This document shows positions 9,539 to 17,873 of a DNA stretch of 32,000 nt, piece after piece. The DNA is from Longivirga aurantiaca (GTDB lineage: Bacteria; Actinomycetota; Actinomycetes; S36-B12; CAIYMF01). The notes under the pieces were generated by a model, which had not been told where the DNA came from, made no database searches, and saw only the letters and a list, made by a program, of their open reading frames with translations. The stretch is taken from contig NZ_JBHSTI010000002.1 of the NCBI RefSeq assembly GCF_042660085.1, positions 420,001 through 452,000 of the forward strand. The letters are read 5' to 3'. Both the position numbers and the translations under genes were made by a program. Numbering within the stretch: the stretch's first letter is position 1; each line of letters begins with the position of its first letter.

Positions 9539-10531
9539 TCAGTCCTCTCGGCGGGCCGAGCGGCGGGCGGCCTCCGCGACGCCCATCGCCCCGCGGTCAC
9601 GGGTCTGGCGCATCTCGCGGCGCGTCCACCACCACCGCTGGGTGTAGAGCGTGAGGATCCCGGCGACGACGATGGCCGACAGGTTCAGGGCGAGCTGGGC
9701 GACCGACCCGGACGCCTCGGCCCACACGCCGAGAGCCACCGCGGCCGCCGCGTTCGCCGCCGCAGGCACGGTGGTGACCGAGATCAGCACTCCGACGAGG
9801 GCGCCGGACTTGGTCGTGGTCAGCGAGAGCATCCCCGCGATGCCCGCGAGGAACGCGATGACGAACGAGAGGGCGTCGGGCCGCCAGATGAACGACGTGA
9901 GCGGTCGGTCGGCGGTGAGCATCGACGCGTCGGCGAGACCGAGCAGCTCGAGGCCCCAGGTGAACGCGACCGTCACCAGCATCGCGACCGGGAAGCCGAC
10001 GAGGAGCGCCTTCAGCGACCTGCGCATGACATCCCACCGCTTCTGCACGATCGCCACGCAGATCGCAGCGAGCGGGCCGAACTCAGGGCCCACCACCATC
10101 GCGCCCACGATGAGGATCGGGCTGTCGAGCAGCACGCCCACAGCGGCGAGCATCGTGGCCACCGACAGGTAGACGAGGAACGTGATGGTGAGCGAGACCT
10201 CCTCGCTCGTGCGGGCCTCGACCTGCTCCCACACGACCGCATCGCCGGGGAGTCCCGGCGCCGCCTCCTCCGCTGCGACAGCCGAGTCCGACAGCACGAG
10301 GTCGGGAGTGCTCGCGACGATCGCCCCGTCGTGCTCGATCCCGAGGTCGCGTAGCGACTCGATGACGAGGCTCGCGCCCTCGCGTGCGACGTCGCACTCG
10401 ATCACGTCGCCGTGGGGCTGGCGCGCCGCACCTGGGTACACCGCCAGGTGCGTCACGGCGGAGTCGCCGGAGAGCAGGCGCACGGCGTCGCGCGAGCGGT
10501 CCTCAGGGACGTGCAGGCGGAGGTGGAGCAC
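9539..10531 (-). CDS. DUF389 family membrane protein
   Basis: 330 aa. N-terminal soluble domain, then TMs with LIVGAMVVGPEFGPLAAICVAI and SGALVGVLISVTTVPAAANAAAAVALG. Confidence 0.88.
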   Translation of the reverse strand: MLHLRLHVPEDRSRDAVRLLSGDSAVTHLAVYPGAARQPHGDVIECDVAREGASLVIESLRDLGIEHDGAIVASTPDLVLSDSAVAAEEAAPGLPGDAVVWEQVEARTSEEVSLTITFLVYLSVATMLAAVGVLLDSPILIVGAMVVGPEFGPLAAICVAIVQKRWDVMRRSLKALLVGFPVAMLVTVAFTWGLELLGLADASMLTADRPLTSFIWRPDALSFVIAFLAGIAGMLSLTTTKSGALVGVLISVTTVPAAANAAAAVALGVWAEASGSVAQLALNLSAIVVAGILTLYTQRWWWTRREMRQTRDRGAMGVAEAARRSARRED

Positions 10532-10577
10532 GGCGACATCCTGCCGCAGCCCTGGCTGGGCGGGCGGCGGGTCGGGG

Positions 10578-11504
10578 TCAAGCGGTGGCGTCGACCGCGG
10601 CCAGCCCCGACGCGAGCGCCCTGGCCAGCCGGCTGCGCAGCGGTGCGCTCAGGTCCATCAGCTCGCGCTGACGACGTACGTACTCCGCACGGCCTTCGGG
10701 TGTCTCGACCCGCACCGGCGCGTAGCCGAGCGCAGCAAGGTCGTACGGCGCGGCCTCCATGTCGAGCCGCCGCGCCTCACGGGCCAGCGCGAAGCAGTCG
10801 GCGACGAGGTCGCTGCCGACGAGGGCGTCGTACTTCGCAGCCCACTTGTAGAGATCCATCGTCGCGTGCAGGCAGCCCGGCTGGTCGAGGCCGGGCTGCG
10901 TCTCGCGCGTGGGCGCGAGCTCGTTCAGCGGGACGGCGTCCGGCGTGAAGAAGCGGAACGCGTCGAAGTGCGTGCAGCGCAGACCGTTGTCGTCGACGAC
11001 GTCGCGGATCTCGTCGGGCGTGAGCCGCAGCGCCCACGACTCGTGCCGCACCTCCTCCTGCTCGAGGCCGTAGACCATCGCCCACTCGTGCAGCCCGAAG
11101 CAGCCGAGCCGCGCCGGGCGGTCTGCGCTCGACCGCACGAGGCCCTCGACCCAGGCGAGGCCGTCGCGTCGGCGCGCGAAGTGCCGCGGATCGACGGTGG
11201 CTGCCGGGGCGCCGTCGATCTCGACCGTCGTGTAGGCCGCATCGCTCCCGAGCTCGCCCCCGCCGAGGAGCGCGATGCCGAGCCCGGGGTGCCACCGGCG
11301 CAGCTGCCCCGGGCGCGTCGGGTAGTAGGTGAAGAGGAAGTCGTCGACGGGGTGCTTCTCGCCGCGCTGCGCGCGCTCGAGCCTCGGCGCGGTCCAGGAG
11401 TCGACCCGCTCGGCGTGAGCGGCGGCACGCGCACGCCAGTCGTCCTCGGCGAGCGGCACGAGGCGCGGGTCGGCGGACACGGTCACGACGCCATTGTCCG
11501 CCAC
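10578..11504 (-). CDS. 3-methyladenine DNA glycosylase-like protein (actinobacterial family)
   Basis: 308 aa. HPVDDFLFTYYPTRPGQLRRWHPG, CFGLHEWAMVY, LRCTHFDAFRFFTPDA, QPGCLHATMDLYKWAAK resemble proteins commonly given this name. Confidence 0.75.
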   Translation of the reverse strand: MADNGVVTVSADPRLVPLAEDDWRARAAAHAERVDSWTAPRLERAQRGEKHPVDDFLFTYYPTRPGQLRRWHPGLGIALLGGGELGSDAAYTTVEIDGAPAATVDPRHFARRRDGLAWVEGLVRSSADRPARLGCFGLHEWAMVYGLEQEEVRHESWALRLTPDEIRDVVDDNGLRCTHFDAFRFFTPDAVPLNELAPTRETQPGLDQPGCLHATMDLYKWAAKYDALVGSDLVADCFALAREARRLDMEAAPYDLAALGYAPVRVETPEGRAEYVRRQRELMDLSAPLRSRLARALASGLAAVDATA

Positions 11505-11507
11505 GGG

Positions 11508-12134
11508 TCAGGCGTCGAGGCGCTCGCGGGGGAGGTGGACCTCCTCGGCCGCGGCGTCGAGCCAGAGCCCCACCATCCGGTCCTCGGTGACCGACGGGTC
11601 CCCGAGCGACACCTGCACAGCCAGGCCGTCGAGCACGGCGACGAGCCGCACGGCCGAGGCCTCCGGGTCATGGCAGGTGAAGGAGCCCTCGGCGACGCCG
11701 TCCTCGATCACACCGCGGATGTGTGCCCGCCAGCGCGCGTCCATGGCCTGGCGCATCTCGCGCGTCCTGTCGTCGCGGAGCGCGCGGACCCAGATCTCCA
11801 TCCAGAGCACCCAGTTGCCGACGGCCGGCCCGGTGTCCGCACCGATCACGCCCGTCAGCCTCAGCCGTTCCACTGCGTCGGCGCCCGGCGGTACGAGCCT
11901 CTCGTAGTCGTCGAAGAAGTCGTCCTCCACCGAACGCACCGCCTCGGCGAGCACGCCGTCCAGCGAGCCGAAGTGGTAGACGATGAGGGCGGGCGAGGTG
12001 CCGGCGACGGTGGCGATGTCGGCCACGCGGGTTCCTGCGAAGCCGCGTTCGCCCAGCACCTCGACCGCGGCGGCGAGGATGCGGCGGCGCCGTTCAGCCG
12101 GGTCCTTGGCGCCCAGCTCGTCCGTCGTGCTCAC
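11508..12134 (-). CDS. TetR/AcrR-family transcriptional regulator
   Basis: N-terminal HTH: RRRRILAAAVEVLGERGFAGTRVADIATVAGTSPALIVYHFGSLDGVLAEAV. GTG start at 12134. Confidence 0.9.
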   Translation of the reverse strand: MSTTDELGAKDPAERRRRILAAAVEVLGERGFAGTRVADIATVAGTSPALIVYHFGSLDGVLAEAVRSVEDDFFDDYERLVPPGADAVERLRLTGVIGADTGPAVGNWVLWMEIWVRALRDDRTREMRQAMDARWRAHIRGVIEDGVAEGSFTCHDPEASAVRLVAVLDGLAVQVSLGDPSVTEDRMVGLWLDAAAEEVHLPRERLDA

Positions 12135-12310
12135 CGCTTCGTCCTCCAGGTCGTGGCCGGCGCGGCCCGGGATCGCCCGCGTTCCATCGTCGCACCGTCC
12201 GCGTGCGTTGCCGCGCTGCGACGTGCGCGGCGCCCCGGTTGAACGACGTCGCCCGAGCAACGGTTACGGTTGCTCCTCCACTTCGCTGCGTCCTCGAGGA
12301 GGGACCGCCG

Positions 12311-13510
12311 TTGGCGACCAACCGGCCTGTGATCACCCGTCGTTCGATGCTGTCGAGCGGCATCGGGCTCGGGGCCGGCCTGGCTCTCGCCGCGTGCGGC
12401 GTCCGCTCCGGCGACACCGCGACCCCGTCCGCCACCACCGGTGGTGCACCCTCGGCGTCGTTCACCGGTGCCGACTCCTCGGACGCCGACCCGCTCGTGC
12501 GCTGGTCGAACTGGCCGTACTACATCGACGTCGTCGAACCGGGCGACGAGGGCACGACGACGCTGACGGACTTCACCGCAGCGACGGGCATCGAGGTCGA
12601 GTACAGCGAGGACATCAACGACAACGAGGAGTTCTGGGCCAAGAAGTCGCCCATCCTCAAGGAGGGTCGCGGCATCGACCGCGACCTCGCCGTCCTCACC
12701 GACGTCACCGCGGCCCGCTTCCTGCGCAACGGCTACATCGAGCCGCTCGACCGCGCCGCGATGCCCAACACCGTCAACGTGATCCCGTCGCTCGCGGACA
12801 CGGCGTGGGACCCGGGCCGCGGGTTCACCCTGCCGTTCCTCAACGGACTGATCGGCATCGGCTACAACAAGCAGCTCGCGGGCCGTGAGCTGAAGTCGTT
12901 CAGCGAGCTGCTCACCGACGAGTTCCGGGGGAAGGTCGCCATCTCCTCGGAGATGGAGGACACCATGGGGTTCTTCCTCATGGCCGACGGCAAGCAGACC
13001 GAGAGCTTCACCGACGCCGACTTCGACCAGGCGATCGCCGATCTGCAGGCAGCGTTCGACCGCGGTCAGTTCCGCCGCGTCGCGGGCAACGACTACGGCG
13101 CCGACCTCACCAACGGCGACCTCGTGGCCTCCATCGGCTACTCCGGCGACGTGCTGCAGATCCAGCTCGAGAACCCGGACGTGGAGTTCTACATGCCCGA
13201 GGAGGGCGGCGGCTTCTACAGCGACGTCTTCTTCATCCCCGCGGGTGCGACGCACCACCGCAACGCGGAGAAGCTCATCGACTACTACTACGACCCCGTG
13301 GCGGCAGCGAAGCTCGCGGCCTACGTGCAGTACCTCTCACCGGTGCTGGGGGCGCGCGAGGCGATGGAGAAGGTCGACCCCACGCAGGTCGACAACCCCG
13401 CGATCTTCCCGAGCGACGCCGACCTCGCCCAGGCGCACACCTGGCGGGTGCTGACGCCGCAGGAGGAGTCGCGCTACCTCGAGCAGTACCAGGCGGTCGT
13501 CCTCGGCTGA
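12311..13510 (+). CDS. PotD-like spermidine/putrescine ABC transporter substrate-binding lipoprotein
   Basis: TTG start with GGAGGG 7 nt upstream. Tat-like plus lipobox signal (TRRSMLSSGIGLGAGLALAAC). WSNWPYYIDVVEPGDEG...FTAATGIEVEYSEDINDNEEF. Confidence 0.88.
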   Translation: MATNRPVITRRSMLSSGIGLGAGLALAACGVRSGDTATPSATTGGAPSASFTGADSSDADPLVRWSNWPYYIDVVEPGDEGTTTLTDFTAATGIEVEYSEDINDNEEFWAKKSPILKEGRGIDRDLAVLTDVTAARFLRNGYIEPLDRAAMPNTVNVIPSLADTAWDPGRGFTLPFLNGLIGIGYNKQLAGRELKSFSELLTDEFRGKVAISSEMEDTMGFFLMADGKQTESFTDADFDQAIADLQAAFDRGQFRRVAGNDYGADLTNGDLVASIGYSGDVLQIQLENPDVEFYMPEEGGGFYSDVFFIPAGATHHRNAEKLIDYYYDPVAAAKLAAYVQYLSPVLGAREAMEKVDPTQVDNPAIFPSDADLAQAHTWRVLTPQEESRYLEQYQAVVLG

Positions 13511-13531
13511 GCCGGGTGCGACCATGGGTGC

Positions 13532-13717
13532 ATGACCGAGCCGACGCCCGACCCCACGGCGCAACCGCGGCTCGTGCTCGACGACGTCGACCTCGTGCCC
13601 GAGCAGACGAGCGACGACCTCGACGACGGCTGGTCGGCGGGCGCCCCGGCGCCCGGTGACAACGCCGCGGCCCTGCGCCGCTACCTCGACGAGAAACCGC
13701 CGCACCACGGGGACTGA
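13532..13717 (+). CDS. Small acidic hypothetical protein (61 aa)
   Basis: MTEPTPDPTAQPRLVLDDVDLVPEQTSDDLDDGWSAGAPAPGDNAAALRRYLDEKPPHHGD. It sits immediately after the PotD-like gene and its codon phase looks coding. Confidence 0.6.
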   Translation: MTEPTPDPTAQPRLVLDDVDLVPEQTSDDLDDGWSAGAPAPGDNAAALRRYLDEKPPHHGD

Positions 13718-13755
13718 GCCCCGCGGTACGGCGGTTCCGGTGGTCGTGCGGTCGG

Positions 13756-14148
13756 TCAGCCCTGCTGCTTGAGGGAGTCGCGGATCTCGCGCAGGAGCAC
13801 GATCTCCTCCGCGGTCTCCGCCTCTTCCTCCTTGGCGCTGCGCGCCTTGATCGCGTTGATCGGCACGATCACGAAGAAGTAGATCGCCGCCGCGATGATC
13901 ACGAAGTTGATGAGCGCCGTGAGCACCAGGCCGATGCTGAACACCGCGCCGTTGATCGTGAACGTGCCGACCTCGTTCAGGCTCGGCTTGCCGAAGATCG
14001 CGGCGATCAGCGGGTTGAGCAGCCCGTCCGTGAACGCCTTGATCACTGCGCCGAACGCCGCGCCGATGACGACGGCTACCGCGAGATCGACGACGTTGCC
14101 CCGCATGAGGAAGTCGCGGAATCCCTTGACCATGATGTGTCCCTCCAC
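13756..14148 (-). CDS. mscL: Large-conductance mechanosensitive channel
   Basis: 130 aa. MVKGFRDFLMRGNVVDLAVAVVIGAAFGAVIKAFTDGLLNPLIAA...FVIVPINAIKA. Confidence 0.96.
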   Translation of the reverse strand: MEGHIMVKGFRDFLMRGNVVDLAVAVVIGAAFGAVIKAFTDGLLNPLIAAIFGKPSLNEVGTFTINGAVFSIGLVLTALINFVIIAAAIYFFVIVPINAIKARSAKEEEAETAEEIVLLREIRDSLKQQG

Positions 14149-14184
14149 CAGTCCGCCCCGTACGACGAGCGACCCTAGCGAAGG

Positions 14185-14210
14185 CTGACGGCACGGCGTA
14201 CCGCCGTCAG
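14185..14210 (-). terminator. Candidate terminator hairpin between SAF-domain gene and mscL
   Basis: CTGACGGC (14185-14192) / GCCGTCAG (14203-14210), 8-bp perfect arms, 1 nt past the SAF-gene stop. No U-tract. Confidence 0.5.
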
Positions 14211-14211
14211 G

Positions 14212-14901
14212 TCATCCGGCACGGAGCACCACGCTCAGTCGCGATCCGACCGCAGCGCGTGCGATGGCGAGGCTCTGCGACGACGTGGTGGCCAGCACGA
14301 CCGACGACCCGTCGATCGACGCCGGCATCGCGAGGAACCCGCCGTCGGACTCGCCCGCCCCGGTCGCGCTCGTCAGGAGCACCCGCACCCGTGCGGCGAC
14401 GACCGACGCCTGGCCCGCGGTTCCCGAGGCGGTCGACCCCGACACCGCGGCGATGACGTCCACGACGTCCCCCGGGCGCAGCACCGCGAGCGCGGCGCTG
14501 TCGGCGAGGCGCAGCGGCGTCGCGACGACGTCCGGCCCGTACCCGGCGAGCAGGCCCGCGGTGAGGAGGTGCCGGGCGAGGACCGGGTCGCCCGCGAGCA
14601 GCGGGACGACGACCTGGCCCCCCAGCAGCGACGACGGGTCGGACGGTGCGTCGTCGGGTCGCGCTGCCACCGGCAGGGCGACGGTGGCGAGGTCGTCGGC
14701 GCGAAGGGTCGTGCCGGGCGGGAGGTCGCGGGCGGCGACGAGCACAGGGACGACCTCCGGTGGGGCCGGGCGCAGGATCGAGGTCAGCGACCAGACGAGC
14801 AGGCCGACGAGCAGCGCGAGGACCGGGCCACGATGGCGGTGCAGCCGGCGTCGCCACGCGGGTGGGCGGCCGGGGACGGACGGGGCGGGGGAAGGACGCA
14901 C
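14212..14901 (-). CDS. SAF-domain protein (CpaB/RcpC-like)
   Basis: 229 aa. One N-terminal TM, then VVPVLVAARDLPPGTTLRADDLATVALP...LLAGDPVLARHL...LRPGDVVDVIAA. Confidence 0.82.
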   Translation of the reverse strand: MRPSPAPSVPGRPPAWRRRLHRHRGPVLALLVGLLVWSLTSILRPAPPEVVPVLVAARDLPPGTTLRADDLATVALPVAARPDDAPSDPSSLLGGQVVVPLLAGDPVLARHLLTAGLLAGYGPDVVATPLRLADSAALAVLRPGDVVDVIAAVSGSTASGTAGQASVVAARVRVLLTSATGAGESDGGFLAMPASIDGSSVVLATTSSQSLAIARAAVGSRLSVVLRAG

Positions 14902-14973
14902 CCGGCGACGGTAGGGAGGCCAGGGGCGAGCCCGCCGGGCTCGTCCACAGGCGCCGGCGCGCCTGCGCCCGGA

Positions 14974-15297
14974 TCAGGCTGCGGACCCCGAGGTGCCGCC
15001 GGAGGTGGATCCCGTCGACGGGGTCGCCGGGGTCGACGGCGCAGCGGGGGCGGGCGAGGAGGAGCCGGAGTCCGACGTGCCGCTCGTGGAGCCGCCCGCC
15101 GGGACGGTCGAGGACGAGCCCGAGCGGCTGTCGGTGCGGTAGAAGCCCGAGCCCTTGAACACGATGCCGACGGCGTTGTAGAGCTTGCGCAGCGGGCCGC
15201 CGCACGCAGGGCACTCGGTGAGGGCGTCGTCGGTGAACTTCTGCACGACCTCCAGCGGCTCGCCACAGGCGGTGCACGAGTACTGGTAGGTGGGCAC
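14974..15297 (-). CDS. FmdB-family zinc-ribbon protein
   Basis: GTG start with GAGGAG. MPTYQYSCTACGEPLEVVQKFTDDALTECPACGGPLRKLYNAVGIVFKGSGFYRTDSR, followed by an S/G/T/P-rich tail. Confidence 0.93.
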   Translation of the reverse strand: MPTYQYSCTACGEPLEVVQKFTDDALTECPACGGPLRKLYNAVGIVFKGSGFYRTDSRSGSSSTVPAGGSTSGTSDSGSSSPAPAAPSTPATPSTGSTSGGTSGSAA

Positions 15298-15365
15298 GGT
15301 GCTCTCCTCGGGCCGGGCTCGCGGGACGGGTCGTCCCGCGATGTCGCGCGACGCCTGCCGGGCCG

Positions 15366-15392
15366 TTGGCACTCGCAGGCGTCGAGTGCCAA
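15366..15392. promoter_or_regulatory. CIRCE-like (HrcA) operator
   Basis: TTGGCACTC-GCAGGCGTC-GAGTGCCAA: 9-bp perfect inverted arms with the canonical N9 spacer. One base per arm differs from TTAGCACTC-N9-GAGTGCTAA. Confidence 0.8.
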
Positions 15393-15625
15393 TGATGCCA
15401 AATCCCGCGGGGGTTGACCACTCGCCTCCGGGCCTCGGTCGGTTGCCAGGTCGCGAACCGATTGTGCCGTGGGGGCCTGAGCGGGGGCGCCATTCGGCTT
15501 TCCGCCAGCCCCAGCGGGCGGCGCGAAGCACGGCAGCGTGAGAGGTGGGCGCACAGGATCGGAGATGGCGGTCCGCGTGAGTGCGGACCCCCGACGAGCA
15601 CAGGTCCGGGTGCTGGGCAGCCGGC

Positions 15626-16471
15626 TCAGGTCGGGCGCGTGGCCCGGATGAACGCGCTCATGGCGACCCCGTCGAGCTCGTCCCGGGCCCGCGTACGGAT
15701 CTCAGCGTCGGGCTGGTCAGAGCGCCAGCCCCCGGCCATGGACTCGAGATCGGCGCCGGTGTAGATGCGGACCGGTTCGATGTCCACGTCGACGAACCCG
15801 GCGGAGACCAGCCCTGCGCGCATGTCCTCCTCGAGCATCGCGCCGGAGATGCAGCTGACCCACAGGTCCATCAGGGCGGCGTCCTCGGCCGAGAGCGGTC
15901 GGCGGAGCACGACGTCGGAGATCGCCAGGCGCCCGCCTGGGCGGAGCACGCGGAACGCCTCGCGCAGTACCGCAGGCTTGTCGGGGGACAGGTTCACGAC
16001 GCAGTTGGAGATGATCACGTCGACCGATTCGTCGGGGAGCGGGATGTCCTCGATCGTGCCGGTGAGGAACTCGGCGTTGGACACGCCGGACACGGCCTGG
16101 TTGTGCACGGCGAGCTCGTGCATCTCGGGGGTCATGTCCAGGCCATAGGCCTTGCCGGTCGGTCCGACTCGGCGCGCTGAGAGCAGCACGTCGATGCCTC
16201 CGCCGGAGCCGAGGTCGAGGACGACCTCGCCGGGGCTGAGCTCGGCGAGCGCGGTGGGGTTGCCGCAGCCGAGGGAGGCGAGCACGGCGGCTTCGGGGAG
16301 CTCGGAGCGTTCGCTCACGTCGTAGAGGGCGGCGCCGAACGGGGCGGTGGCCGGGGTGCTGTCGCAGCAGGTGGACGTGGTTGCGCAGCCGCAGGACTGC
16401 GACTGCTCGGCGGCGCGGCCGTAGTGCTCGCGGACGGCGGCCCGGACCTCGTCGGCGGTGGGGGTATTCAT
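15626..16471 (-). CDS. arsM: Arsenite S-adenosylmethionine methyltransferase
   Basis: 281 aa. [15 protein letters not shown].., [83 protein letters not shown]. Confidence 0.93.
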   Translation of the reverse strand: MNTPTADEVRAAVREHYGRAAEQSQSCGCATTSTCCDSTPATAPFGAALYDVSERSELPEAAVLASLGCGNPTALAELSPGEVVLDLGSGGGIDVLLSARRVGPTGKAYGLDMTPEMHELAVHNQAVSGVSNAEFLTGTIEDIPLPDESVDVIISNCVVNLSPDKPAVLREAFRVLRPGGRLAISDVVLRRPLSAEDAALMDLWVSCISGAMLEEDMRAGLVSAGFVDVDIEPVRIYTGADLESMAGGWRSDQPDAEIRTRARDELDGVAMSAFIRATRPT

Positions 16472-16863
16472 GGGTCCTCCTGGCAGTCGTGCACTGATCG
16501 CCCGGGCGTGGTCACGGGTGCCGTGGTCCGCTTCCGACGCTACCCGCGGCGCTGCCGGGTGGCGCGTCCGCGGCGCAGCGGCGGGGACGGCGTGGGTCAG
16601 GCGGGGGTCGGGGCGAGCAGGGCGCTGAGTGCGGCTTCACGCTCCTGGCCTGCTCCGACTCGTTCGGGCCGCGCACCCGCGGAGTCGAGACGCTGCGTCC
16701 GGATGCAGAGTCCTGCTCACCTGGCGTCATCGGGACGCTGCCTGACACCCGTGCGTGGCTCCCGTGGGTCGCAGCCACGGTGACCTTCGATGTCCTGCCG
16801 CTCGAGGGCGCTCGACCGCAGCACAGCGTTGTCTCGTCTTCATAACGGTTCGTTACGGACTTC

Positions 16864-16891
16864 TTTCGAACCTCTTGCAAAAGGATCGAAA
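16864..16891. promoter_or_regulatory. 28-bp near-perfect palindrome, candidate operator
   Basis: TTTCGAACCTCTTG|CAAAAGGATCGAAA, 12 of 14 pairs complementary, ending 18 bp before the DeoR-family GTG start. Confidence 0.65.
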
Positions 16892-16909
16892 ACAAGTGAA
16901 GGTCGGCAT

Positions 16910-17749
16910 GTGACCCCGACCACGTCCGCCGCCCTCAGCGCCGTCCCGGCGCGCGAGGAGCAGGGCGTGCCCGCCGAGCTGCGGCAGGCCCGCACTGCTG
17001 CGCTGGTGGAGAACGAGGGCTTCCTGCGCGTCACCGACCTCGCCGACCGCTTCGGTGTCTCGACCGTCACCGTCCGCTCGGACCTCACAGCGCTGGAGTC
17101 CGCGGGCCTCGTGCGCCGCGTGCGCGGGGGAGCGGTCGCGAGCGGCGCGGGCGTCGCCGAGCAGCCGCTCGAGACCGCGGCCGCCGTCGCGGCCCGGCAG
17201 AAGTCGGCCATCGGCCAGCGCTGCGCCGCGATGGTGTCGCACGGCGACGTCGTCCTCCTCGACGTCGGGTCGACCACCACCGCGATCGCCGCGGCGCTGC
17301 GCGACCGCCCCGATCTGAGCGACGTCACCGTGGTGACCAACGCCCTCAACATCGCGCTGCTGCTCGAGCCCGCAGCCGTCGCCGGGCGCATCTCGATCAT
17401 CGTCGCCGGCGGCACGGTGCGCCCGCTGCAGCACTCGCTCGTGAACCCCTACGCCACGCTCCTGCTCGAGCGGCTGTCCGCGCACCTCGCGTTCATCGGC
17501 TGCAACGGCGTGGACGTGCGCGGGGGCGTCACCAACCGCAACGTCGCCGAGGGCGAGATCAAGCGCGCGATGGTCGCAGCCACACGCCGCTCGGTCGTCG
17601 TCGCCGACGGCACCAAGCTCGGCGAGGTCGAGGTGGCGCGCGTGTGCGACCTCGCCGACGTCGATCACCTCGTCACCGACGCTGGGGCGGACCCCGACGT
17701 GGTGGCGAACATCCGATCCGCCGGGCTGTCGGTAGACGTCGTCGGATGA
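16910..17749 (+). CDS. DeoR/GlpR-family transcriptional regulator
   Basis: ELRQARTAALVENEGFLRVTDLADRFGVSTVTVRSDLTALESAGLVRRVRGGAV, then a sugar-phosphate sensor domain (VLLDVGSTTTAIAAAL...IVAGGTVRPLQHSLVNP...VVVADGTKLG). Confidence 0.93.
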   Translation: MTPTTSAALSAVPAREEQGVPAELRQARTAALVENEGFLRVTDLADRFGVSTVTVRSDLTALESAGLVRRVRGGAVASGAGVAEQPLETAAAVAARQKSAIGQRCAAMVSHGDVVLLDVGSTTTAIAAALRDRPDLSDVTVVTNALNIALLLEPAAVAGRISIIVAGGTVRPLQHSLVNPYATLLLERLSAHLAFIGCNGVDVRGGVTNRNVAEGEIKRAMVAATRRSVVVADGTKLGEVEVARVCDLADVDHLVTDAGADPDVVANIRSAGLSVDVVG

Positions 17750-17873
17750 CCGGGGGCGGCGCCGCTCGTGAGCAGCCGCCCCACCTGCACCACACCCACG
17801 TGCCGCCCGGCACGCGGGGGGAGACGTCGGCCGCGTGCGGACGACGACACGGAAAGTACAACGAGGAGTGCGC

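Noticed and set aside
12131-13258. 375-aa minus-strand ORF antisense to the PotD-like gene
   Set aside because: Shadow frame. It also overlaps the well-supported TetR/PotD divergent promoter region.
16512-16895. 127-aa minus-strand ORF in the arsM-DeoR intergenic region
   Set aside because: Its TTG start lies in the DeoR palindrome. It has no domain signature and no good SD, and the composition is that of noncoding GC-rich sequence.
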